This document shows positions 1 to 8,654 of a stretch of DNA of 62,042 nucleotides, piece after piece. The notes beneath the pieces are model-generated. The model did not search any database and was not told the DNA's origin. It saw only the letters and a list, made by a program, of their open reading frames with translations. Numbering within the stretch: position 1 is the stretch's first letter; every line of letters begins with the position of its first letter. This DNA is from Candidatus Omnitrophota bacterium. Lineage in GTDB: Bacteria > Omnitrophota > Gorgyraeia > Tantalellales > Tantalellaceae. The position numbers and the translations under genes were made by a program. The stretch covers positions 1-62,042 of the forward strand of contig JBDRLO010000076.1 of NCBI GenBank assembly GCA_043812935.1, in the 5' to 3' direction.

Positions 1-2271
1 CAGGCAACGTCAATACGCCTTAGCCGTGTTTTAGGCGCGAGAAGTAAATTCGCGGAAGAACTTAGGTATATAAGCAAACTTATAGCCAGAAAAAAAGCGA
101 AAGATAAAGCTCGAGAAAAAATGGAGGAGATTACACGAATGAAAGAGGAAGCCAAATCAATATGGAGTCAGCTGAATATCCCGAATGCTGCAAAACAGCC
201 CAAAAAGTATGAAATTTATAAGATATCGAAACTTGTTCTAGAAGGTAAAACAAACGAAGCAATGAGATTATTTTTTACAGGAGAAGCGTTTCAGAACAAA
301 ATAGAAAACCTGGATGTTCCCGCGGAAATATTAAATAATTTGTTGGAAGTATATGAAAAAGAACCAAAGGCGCGGGAAAATATTCTGGATTTCACAAAAA
401 GTTTAATAGCCGGGATTGTTGAGTTTTCAGGTAATGATGAAACATCTATTGAAGTCGCGAAAGCTGTACAGATTATGGCAGGGTTAGTATGGATAATGCC
501 CGAAGGTATGAGGTTTACTTCTGATAAAGACAATATGGTGGAAAATGATCGCGGTAAAAGTTATATTGACGTTCGAAAACTCCCGGAAGGTATAATAGAG
601 GTTAAAGAAGAAAAAGAACCAGGGCTCTACTGGCGGCATATAGAAGGTGTAGCTAAAATAAAAGATGTGAATATTATGAAGTTCGCGATTTATAATGAAA
701 GACAGTTTAATAACGCGTCAAAAAAAGTGGTTGATTATATTATGCTTCATGGAGGCAGAATAATTTCGGAAGAACTAAAAGAAGAAATTGGAAAAGGTAA
801 ATTAAGTAATCCTCATCAAACGTTTTTTGTTAACGGAATGTTACGCGGGTCTTTTCAGCCGGCAAGCACAGGACCTGGACATCTTCAGATTAAAAAGGTG
901 GGTGGAAAAAGAAAGGGAGTAGTAGATTTTAAAAAAATAAATAACGGAATGTATCTGCAGGTAAATGTAAAGTATGATACAGCCGGCGGAATGGTAAGAG
1001 TAATAGCTCAAATAGCAAAACAAGGTGAAATGTGTTTTACTATTCCGGGATGGCGGGATTATATGATAGATCTTGGCGGATATGGAATGGAAGGGTTTGA
1101 TGATTTTTCAATGGTGGTTTCTGAAGAACAGGCACAACTATTTGATCCTGATTACAAAGAAAGCGACTTGGAGAAAATAGAAGAAGCATTAGAAAACAAA
1201 GGAGAAAATGATTACGCGCCGTACGGAGCTTTGATGTTAAAAGATGGCCCAATACTTGTGAAGGCAAAAGAAGAATTCCCTGATGTTGTCTGGATTAATA
1301 TATCAAAAGAACATTTTTCCGATATTTCTTTTCAGGAACGCTATGAAAAGATTCTGTTTTCAGAAAAAACTGAAACATTTCTTTCAAATTTAGGCGTTCT
1401 TTGTGATGAAACAAAAAAAGAATCTCCTATCCCTGTTATGTCCATCCCGGAGGCGGAAAAAGCCGTGCAGGTGGAAGCTCCTGAAAAGCTTGAGTCATCA
1501 CCTGCCATGTCGCTGGGAATGACCAGCGGTATAGATTCATTTATGAGTGATACTGCTGACTGTTTAGCCGGGGGTAGCGGCACGGAACAAAAAACGGATA
1601 AACTTATAAGAATTCAGATTGAAACACTTAAGAATATTGAATCGAAAGAAGTAAAAGAATTGCTTAAAACAATGCAGAAGACGGAACATATTAATGTTGA
1701 ACTTTATTCGGGTAAAAATCCTGAACTTGAAGTTAATGCAGAACAATATGAAGATTTTGGCATTAAGAAAAAATCTTTACCGCAAGGTTTTAAAATGTCC
1801 CGCAAAAATACGATTACAATTCTTCAGGTTGATAAAGGTGAAGAGTTTCCTGCAAGTCCGGTTAATGACAAGTGGGCCAGGTTAGGGTTTCCCCTTAAAA
1901 AAGAAGAAAACCCTCTAGAAAAAACAATAATTTTACCTGTTGGATATAATTATGATCATACAGGGTTAGCGCGAAGTATATTTTTCGGATTAATTTTGTC
2001 TGAAATTGCCGAAGATGAGAGGATAAACAAAGAAAGTAATTTTGTCGCAGCGGCTTTAGCGCGTTTGATGAAACTGTATTTGAAACAAGGACAGCCCGCA
2101 AAGGATTTTAATTTAAACTGTGAGGATATCGTTAATTTAGCAAAGGGCGATGTTGAGGCATTTGTATCAGCATTGAATAAATTTATAAAAGTTTTACCCA
2201 TAATGCCTGTTAATGTGAATGAACAGCGTGATATATATGAACGCGCCAGAGAAGCTTGGATAAGGGCGTAA
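1..2271 (+). CDS. 5'-truncated large multidomain protein: cupin (archaeal-type PGI-like) domain plus shared C-terminal domain
   Basis: Frame is open from base 1 (QATSIRLSRV...AREK) into the 716-aa ORF, so the gene starts outside the window. STGPGHLQ...GMYLQV...GEMCFTIPGWRDYMIDLG resembles cupin PGI. Ends LPIMPVNVNEQRDIYERAREAWIRA. Confidence 0.75.
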   Translation, partial: QATSIRLSRVLGARSKFAEELRYISKLIARKKAKDKAREKMEEITRMKEEAKSIWSQLNIPNAAKQPKKYEIYKISKLVLEGKTNEAMRLFFTGEAFQNKIENLDVPAEILNNLLEVYEKEPKARENILDFTKSLIAGIVEFSGNDETSIEVAKAVQIMAGLVWIMPEGMRFTSDKDNMVENDRGKSYIDVRKLPEGIIEVKEEKEPGLYWRHIEGVAKIKDVNIMKFAIYNERQFNNASKKVVDYIMLHGGRIISEELKEEIGKGKLSNPHQTFFVNGMLRGSFQPASTGPGHLQIKKVGGKRKGVVDFKKINNGMYLQVNVKYDTAGGMVRVIAQIAKQGEMCFTIPGWRDYMIDLGGYGMEGFDDFSMVVSEEQAQLFDPDYKESDLEKIEEALENKGENDYAPYGALMLKDGPILVKAKEEFPDVVWINISKEHFSDISFQERYEKILFSEKTETFLSNLGVLCDETKKESPIPVMSIPEAEKAVQVEAPEKLESSPAMSLGMTSGIDSFMSDTADCLAGGSGTEQKTDKLIRIQIETLKNIESKEVKELLKTMQKTEHINVELYSGKNPELEVNAEQYEDFGIKKKSLPQGFKMSRKNTITILQVDKGEEFPASPVNDKWARLGFPLKKEENPLEKTIILPVGYNYDHTGLARSIFFGLILSEIAEDERINKESNFVAAALARLMKLYLKQGQPAKDFNLNCEDIVNLAKGDVEAFVSALNKFIKVLPIMPVNVNEQRDIYERAREAWIRA

Positions 2272-2276
2272 TTTTG

Positions 2277-2310
2277 TTAACCGGTTGGCCGGTTAGCCCG
2301 TTAACCAGTT
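2277..2310 (+). repeat. CCGGTTAG-family octamer tandem repeat
   Basis: ttaa-ccggttgg-ccggttag-cccgttaa-ccagtt just after the stop codon. Confidence 0.8.
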
Positions 2311-2328
2311 ATTTGTGTTGTAAAAAAT

Positions 2329-2373
2329 GGACAGCTGCCATTTAAATGTTTTTTAACAAAATGGCAGCTGTCC
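2329..2373. repeat. 15-bp inverted repeat (GGACAGCTGCCATTT family), probable terminator/MITE-like hairpin
   Basis: ggacagctgccattt (2329-2343) / aaatggcagctgtcc (2359-2373) followed by ttttt; related to the 32678-32740 hairpin. Confidence 0.75.
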
Positions 2374-2483
2374 TTTTTCTTGTTGTAAATATTTTTCATT
2401 CAGGGTATCATATCATAAAAGTTGATCAGCGAAGTGAGTAATTAAATTATAATAATAGTAATACCATTTTTAGAAAAACTTTT

Positions 2484-3917
2484 ATGACAAAAAAAACCGC
2501 GAAATACATATTTTTGTTTTTTTATGTGTTTGCGGTTTTTTTTATAGCAGGTTGTCAGACGCTAAAAGCTCCGCCGAAACCTGATTTAGAATGGGTCCCG
2601 CCCAAATGGGAAAAAACAATCAAAAAACCGGACAAAGTATGGAACTTAATACGAGAAGAAGAAATAACTGATCAAGAGCCGTTAACTTTAGCGGAACTTG
2701 TGGATATGGCTTTTGCTAATAATCCGGTTATACGTAATGCCTGGCAGAAAGCGCGCGCTCGCGAAGCGGAAGTAAAACAAGCCCAAAGTGAATATTATCC
2801 TCAAGGTACGGTTTCAGGGGATATTACCAGGCAGAAGAAAGTTGCTACGCGTAAAATAGAAGATTCCAACAATTACAATTACAGCCCTAAAGCGGTTATT
2901 ACTTACATGATACTCGATCTTGGAGGCAGAGACGCTTCTGTGCGGCAGGCTACACAGGAAGTTATTTCAGCAAATTTTACGTTCAACCGTACAATTCAGG
3001 ATTTACTTTTTGATACAGCCAAGGCTTATTATAGCTTTTACAGCGCGCAGTCTGATTTGAAGGCGAAAAAAGCGAATGTTGAAGACGCTTCTACCGCGTT
3101 AGAGGCGGCTTCAATTAAATTCAGCACAGGGTTAGCTTCTAAACTCGACGTGCTCCAGGCAAAATCCAATTATGAAGATACTCTTTATTCTTTAGAAGAT
3201 GCCAAAGGCACAGTTTTTACAACAAAAGGCGATTTAGCCGAAACAGTGGGGTTTGCGCCTGATCTTGATTTTGAAATTACCGCTCCGGACGAGAATGTTC
3301 CGTTAAATATTACTTCGGAAAATGTGAGTATGCTTATTGAATCAGCTTTAAAAGAAAGGCCGGACATAGGCGCGGCAAGAGCAGTTTTATATTCAAAAGA
3401 GGAAGCAGTTAAAGTAGCGAATTCAGATTTATGGCCTACATTAAATATTACGGGATCCGCGGAAAAAAGATGGTACAGGTTTTTTGGAGATGAAGAGACA
3501 AATTGGCAGTATTACGATTGTTCAGGATATTTCAGCGTTAATTGGGATATCTTTGACGGCTTCTATAAATACTCAAAACGGCGCCAGGCTCAAGCTGAGC
3601 TGGATGCGGAACGTGAACAATTGAAACAAACGGAACTTAATGCCGCCAGTGACGTATGGACTAAATACTATAATTTAAAAACAGCTGTTAAAAAGCTTGT
3701 GTTTAGTAAATCTTTCCTGGAAACGGCGCAAGCTTCACATGATTTGGCGTTGGAAGGATATAAATCGGGTATTAAAAGTATACTTGATCTTTTGGAAGCA
3801 CAAAGTCAATTGCAGGAAGCAAGAAGCAAACTTGTAGAATCACAAAAAGATTTATTTGTATCATCAGCGGGTCTTGCTCGGGCAATGGGCACGCTTAGCG
3901 CAAAAGATTTAAAATAG
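2484..3917 (+). CDS. TolC-family outer membrane efflux lipoprotein
   Basis: Lipobox-like FFIAGC; two OEP repeats (NNPxI...QSEYYP; RPDI...LWPTLNI...VNWDIFDG); first gene of a tripartite operon. Confidence 0.9.
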   Translation: MTKKTAKYIFLFFYVFAVFFIAGCQTLKAPPKPDLEWVPPKWEKTIKKPDKVWNLIREEEITDQEPLTLAELVDMAFANNPVIRNAWQKARAREAEVKQAQSEYYPQGTVSGDITRQKKVATRKIEDSNNYNYSPKAVITYMILDLGGRDASVRQATQEVISANFTFNRTIQDLLFDTAKAYYSFYSAQSDLKAKKANVEDASTALEAASIKFSTGLASKLDVLQAKSNYEDTLYSLEDAKGTVFTTKGDLAETVGFAPDLDFEITAPDENVPLNITSENVSMLIESALKERPDIGAARAVLYSKEEAVKVANSDLWPTLNITGSAEKRWYRFFGDEETNWQYYDCSGYFSVNWDIFDGFYKYSKRRQAQAELDAEREQLKQTELNAASDVWTKYYNLKTAVKKLVFSKSFLETAQASHDLALEGYKSGIKSILDLLEAQSQLQEARSKLVESQKDLFVSSAGLARAMGTLSAKDLK

Positions 3918-3925
3918 CATTTGTT

Positions 3926-3962
3926 TGACCGGGTAATCGGCTAATCGGTTACCCGGCTAACT
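3926..3962 (-). repeat. CCGGTTAG-family octamers, reverse orientation
   Basis: accgggtaa-tcggctaa-tcggttac-ccggctaact upstream of the MFP start. Confidence 0.6.
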
Positions 3963-3977
3963 AAAAAGGGGACGACA

Positions 3978-5150
3978 ATGCCGGACAATTCGAAAAAACA
4001 ATTAGATCTTGATAAGATTTTTCATTATAAAAATTTGTCTGACCAAAATAAAAAGATTATTATTGGTATTTGCGTGGCGATATTTGTAATTACGTCTTTT
4101 GTTCAAATGCAAAAGCATTTAAAACGTTCTAAACATGAAAAGATTCATCCTAAAAGTGTAAAAATTGAGCAGGTAATTAAGAAAAATGTTCCAATGTATA
4201 TTGATTCTTTCGGGACATTGGTGTCTCCCGAGGATGTTGACATCAGGTCGCAGGTTACCGGAAAGATTAAAAAGGTTTGTTTTGTTGAAGGGCAGGATGT
4301 TTTAATAGGCGATCAACTTTTTATTATTGATCCGAGTGAATATAAAGCGAGCCTGAATAAAGCTGAAGCAACTTTACTGGAAGATGAGGCCCAACTTAGG
4401 CTTAAAAAAGATATCTTAGCAAGAAATGTCGGACTTTTAAAAAAAGAATTAATTTCACAACAGGAATTTGAAGAGTATGAAACGGATGTAGCAGTGACTG
4501 TGGCTAAGGTGGAAGTTGACAAATCTGAAATAGAGCTTGCAAAAATAAATCTGGGATATTGTTATATAGTTTCACCGATTAATGGTGTAACGGGAGTTCG
4601 GCAGGTTGATCCGGGAAATATTGTTTCTGCTAATACCGGGCCGGTTTTGGTTAATGTGAAACAGGTTGATACGCTTTACATGGATTTTACCATTCCGGAA
4701 AAAGAGCTCCCACGAGTTAGGAAAACAATGGCTGAGGGAACCCTGAAAGTGGTGCTTACTGTAACCGGCGATGATACTTCATCTTATACAGGAAAACTTG
4801 ATTTTCTGGAAAATTCAGTGGATGATCAAACCGGAAGAGTTTTATTGCGCGCAACAGTTGATAACAAAAACAGGGCGTTATGGCCGGGGCAGTTTGCGAA
4901 AGTTCAGCTTATTTTAGGAACAATTAAAGATGCGGTTTTGGCGCCGTATTCAGCGGTTCAGCTTGGACAAAAGGGAAGTTATCTTTTTGTGATAGACGCG
5001 CAGAATAAAGCTGATTTAAGGCTCGTGACTGTAGGACAAAAAGAAGAAGACTATATTGTAATTGAAAAAGGTGTAAAGACAGGAGAAAAAGCTGTAACGT
5101 CCGGACAGATGGGGCTAAGGCCTGGAGTTTTGGTTAAGGTTATTGATTAG
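3978..5150 (+). CDS. RND efflux periplasmic adaptor (MFP, MdtA/AcrA-like)
   Basis: N-terminal TM; IRSQVTGKI, IVSPINGVTG, LWPGQFAKV motifs. Confidence 0.92.
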   Translation: MPDNSKKQLDLDKIFHYKNLSDQNKKIIIGICVAIFVITSFVQMQKHLKRSKHEKIHPKSVKIEQVIKKNVPMYIDSFGTLVSPEDVDIRSQVTGKIKKVCFVEGQDVLIGDQLFIIDPSEYKASLNKAEATLLEDEAQLRLKKDILARNVGLLKKELISQQEFEEYETDVAVTVAKVEVDKSEIELAKINLGYCYIVSPINGVTGVRQVDPGNIVSANTGPVLVNVKQVDTLYMDFTIPEKELPRVRKTMAEGTLKVVLTVTGDDTSSYTGKLDFLENSVDDQTGRVLLRATVDNKNRALWPGQFAKVQLILGTIKDAVLAPYSAVQLGQKGSYLFVIDAQNKADLRLVTVGQKEEDYIVIEKGVKTGEKAVTSGQMGLRPGVLVKVID

Positions 5151-5215
5151 CCGGTTATGCCGGTTGTGGCCGGTCTATTGATGTAGATACAATGGAAAGT
5201 CGCACCTCTCCATAC

Positions 5216-5243
5216 GTAGGGACAGGCCCCTGTGCCTGTCCGT
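5216..5243 (+). repeat. GTAG-tagged REP-like palindrome, type A
   Basis: gtagggacaggcccctgtgcctgtccgt; GTAG tag followed by GGACAGGC/GCCTGTCC stem. Confidence 0.85.
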
Positions 5244-5300
5244 TAAATTAATGCATGTGAAATATGCAGCGTGTTACGCTAACAAAAGGATTAACAAAAT

Positions 5301-8300
5301 ATGCTTTTTTCTGAAGTTTTTATCAGAAAACCAATTATGACAACGCTTATTATGATGGCGGCGCTCATTTTTGGTGCAGGGGCCTATTTCTCGCTTCCTG
5401 TAAGCGATCTTCCTGTTGTGGATTATCCGGTTATAACTATTAACGTCAGCTATCCGGGCGCGAGCCCTCAAATGGTAGCTTCAACCGTGGCAAATCCTCT
5501 GGAAAACGAATGTATGCAAATCCAGGGGCTTCAAACTATTCTTTCTGATAATACCGAAGGCCAATGCACAATTACTCTTACATTTGATTTAAGCATAAGT
5601 GTTGATTTAGCGGCACCGGACGTTCAGGCTGCTATTTCACGAGCTGCGGGTAATTTGCCGGATGACTTGCCTGAACCTCCAACTTACGATAAAGATAACC
5701 CTTCCGATAAACCAATAATGCATCTTACGGTAACCTCAGATACGCTTACTCCCGGCCAGCTTTATGATTATGGTAATACTACAATAGGCCAAAGGATTAA
5801 TATGGTTAAAGGTGTTTCAAAAGTGGATGTATGGGGAGCCAAATCCGCGGTAAGAGTTCAAGTCGATCCTGATAGGCTTGCTTCTTATCAAATTGGAATC
5901 AATGAGATCGCGGATGCAATTAAAACCGGAACTGTTATTATTCCCGCGGGAAGTATTAACGGGCCATTGCGTGCGTTTTCAATTGAACCGCAGGGCCAGT
6001 TATTAAAAGCGGAAGATTATGCAAATTTGATAGTGACTTATCGGAATAACGCACCTGTGTATTTGCGGGATGTAGCGACATGCGTTGATGGCAATCAAAA
6101 CGACGTAGTTAGAGTTATGTATTACAAAGATGGCGAAGAGTGGCAGTCTGCTTGTGTTCATATTGCTATTAGCCGTGAAAGTGGGGCTAATACCGTTGCT
6201 TTGGCTGAAAGAATCAGAGATGTGCTGAAAGAACTTGAAGAGGAAATACCTGGAGCAGTAAATCTAAATGTGTTTTATGACAGGTCCATTCAAATAGTGG
6301 AATCAGTTAATGATGTAAGAAATACAGTGTTTATAGCGCTTGTACTGGTTGTATTAGTGATATTTTTGTTTATTGGAAGACTTTCTGATACGGTTATTCC
6401 GGGGATAACGCTTCCTTTTACGATTTTTGCCACTTTCATTTTTATGCTTGCCGCGGGATTTAGTTTGGATAACTTGTCTTTAATGGGGCTTACCCTTTCC
6501 GTCGGGTTTTTAGTTGACGATGCTATAGTTGTTTTGGAAAATACGGAGCGGCATGTTGAGGCAGGATTAAAGCCGATTAAAGCGGCTATTAAAAGCATGA
6601 AAGAAATTACGGGAACCGTTATTTCAACGAGCCTCGCGCTTGTAACCGTGTTTATTCCGTTGGTTTTTATGAGCGGGGTAGTAGGCCGTAATTTCAGTGA
6701 ATTTGCTTTAACGGTTGTTATCGCAATAATTTGTTCAACAATAATAGCGCTTACACTTACACCTATGATGTGCGCGCGTATGCTGAAAGTTTCCGGTGGA
6801 AGTATCTCGAAAACAAAAGTAGAAAAATTTACTGATAAATTTGTCGGTATAATGAGAGATAAATACGCGATGCTACTTAAATGGGTTTTGCAGTATAAAC
6901 TTGTCTCTATCGGTATGTGGATTGCGTGTGTAGTGGGATCGGTTTGGCTTTTTATGGTTTTGCCTAAAACGTTTCTTCCAACAGGAGACAGTGGCGCGAT
7001 TGATGGTCAAATGGAAATGATTTTGGGGACTTCAACTGATGAAATACAAAAATTTCAGGATGAAATTGATCTTATTATGCAGGATGATTCGAGTATAGAT
7101 AAGATTGTTACGGTAACCGGGTTACAGGCCGGTTCGGATCAAAGTACCGGGCTGTTTTACGCGGTATTAAAACCGCAAGGCGCAAAAGGCAGAAAACCAA
7201 TGGATAAATTTGTTGCCGGGTTAAGAGAAAAAATGAAAACGCTTGTACGCGGGAATGTATATCTTGAAGCTATTCCCGCGCTTCAAATAAGTACCGGAGG
7301 AGAGAGTACGGCTTCAGGTTCAAAGTATTCATATGTGATGAAAGGAATGGATAGTGCTAGTTTGTACAAATGTGCTTTAGAGTTTGAAGAAGAGGTCAAA
7401 AAGGTTCCGGGGTTTGTTGATGTACAGAACAGTGTAAAACTTAATATGCCGCAGTTAAATATTCGAATTCAGAGAGACCGGGCTTCGAGTTTAGGGATTA
7501 CAGCGAGGGATATAGAATATGGACTCAGTTTGGCTTTCGCGCAGGGCAAAACTACGTTATACAAAACGGAAATCGATCAGTATTATGTAGTAGTAGAACT
7601 CGACAAAAAATATCAAAAAGATCCGCGAAATCTCAGACAGCTTTATATACGTTCAAGCTCGACAGGAGAGTTAGTGCCTTTGAGTTCTATTGTGGAATGG
7701 GACGAAGGTGTTGGGCCGCAAAATGTGCCGCACTTTGACAGGCTTAATTCAGCTACAATATCGTTTAACCTGAAAAGTGATATGCCGCTAGGGAACGCTA
7801 CACGTTCTTTGGAAGAGATTGCTTCCAAGCTTATGCCCGCGGGTGTAACGGGAGAACTCCAGGGAGAAGCGCAGGAATTTGAAGATGCTGTAAAAAGTTT
7901 AAGTGTACTGCTTTTGATTGCGATATTTATTATGTATGTTATTCTAGGCATTTTGTATGAAAGTTACGTACATCCTTTTACCATTCTTACGACTTTGCCT
8001 CCTGCCGCGTTTGGCGGGTTGGCTACGCTTTATCTGTGCCATTCAGAACTTTCTATGTACGCGTATATCGGTATGTTTATGCTTTTAGGTATTGTTTCAA
8101 AAAACGGAATCATAATGGTAGATTTTGCTAACCAAAATTTAGAAGAAGGCGCAAAAACTGACTTAGAGGCTATATATAACGCGTGTCTTGTTAGATTTCG
8201 TCCTATACTTATGACAGGTGCTTCAACAATAATTGGCGCCCTGCCGATTGCTCTCGGATTTGGCGCGGACGGTGCGTCACGCCGCCCTTTGGGGCTTATT

Positions 8301-8462
8301 GTAATGGGAGGATTGATATTCGCCCAGGTCATAACTCTTTTTGTAACCCCGGCTATTTTTCTTTACATGCAGAATTTTCAGGAAAAATTCCTTGATAAGT
8401 TTGAACTATTGCGTTCCGGCCCGGCGCGTAAAGCTATTGACGCAAAACAGGAAGCTGATTAA
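5301..8462 (+). CDS. RND efflux permease (AcrB/MdtB/MdtC family)
   Basis: 1053 aa; FIRKPI start, LPVVDYP, GFLVDDAIVVLEN, KNGI, RFRPILMT proton-relay motifs. Confidence 0.95.
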   Translation: MLFSEVFIRKPIMTTLIMMAALIFGAGAYFSLPVSDLPVVDYPVITINVSYPGASPQMVASTVANPLENECMQIQGLQTILSDNTEGQCTITLTFDLSISVDLAAPDVQAAISRAAGNLPDDLPEPPTYDKDNPSDKPIMHLTVTSDTLTPGQLYDYGNTTIGQRINMVKGVSKVDVWGAKSAVRVQVDPDRLASYQIGINEIADAIKTGTVIIPAGSINGPLRAFSIEPQGQLLKAEDYANLIVTYRNNAPVYLRDVATCVDGNQNDVVRVMYYKDGEEWQSACVHIAISRESGANTVALAERIRDVLKELEEEIPGAVNLNVFYDRSIQIVESVNDVRNTVFIALVLVVLVIFLFIGRLSDTVIPGITLPFTIFATFIFMLAAGFSLDNLSLMGLTLSVGFLVDDAIVVLENTERHVEAGLKPIKAAIKSMKEITGTVISTSLALVTVFIPLVFMSGVVGRNFSEFALTVVIAIICSTIIALTLTPMMCARMLKVSGGSISKTKVEKFTDKFVGIMRDKYAMLLKWVLQYKLVSIGMWIACVVGSVWLFMVLPKTFLPTGDSGAIDGQMEMILGTSTDEIQKFQDEIDLIMQDDSSIDKIVTVTGLQAGSDQSTGLFYAVLKPQGAKGRKPMDKFVAGLREKMKTLVRGNVYLEAIPALQISTGGESTASGSKYSYVMKGMDSASLYKCALEFEEEVKKVPGFVDVQNSVKLNMPQLNIRIQRDRASSLGITARDIEYGLSLAFAQGKTTLYKTEIDQYYVVVELDKKYQKDPRNLRQLYIRSSSTGELVPLSSIVEWDEGVGPQNVPHFDRLNSATISFNLKSDMPLGNATRSLEEIASKLMPAGVTGELQGEAQEFEDAVKSLSVLLLIAIFIMYVILGILYESYVHPFTILTTLPPAAFGGLATLYLCHSELSMYAYIGMFMLLGIVSKNGIIMVDFANQNLEEGAKTDLEAIYNACLVRFRPILMTGASTIIGALPIALGFGADGASRRPLGLIVMGGLIFAQVITLFVTPAIFLYMQNFQEKFLDKFELLRSGPARKAIDAKQEAD

Positions 8463-8556
8463 CCAACTTTCCGAAGGAGGGAAGCGCCTGTTTTTTGGTT
8501 GCATGCAATGTATTATTGGCATCAAGTTAGGGTTTAAAAAAGCTACCTTGCATTAA

Positions 8557-8585
8557 TTGAATAGTCCTTCCAAGAGGTGTAAACT
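8557..8585 (+). promoter_or_regulatory. Putative sigma70 promoter for the 1506-aa gene
   Basis: TTGAAT-17bp-TAAACT. Confidence 0.5.
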
Positions 8586-8654
8586 AATACTGTACAATAA
8601 TTAAGGGAAAGGTGTGGTATTTTTACTTAATAAACACTTTTTAAAAGTAATATT

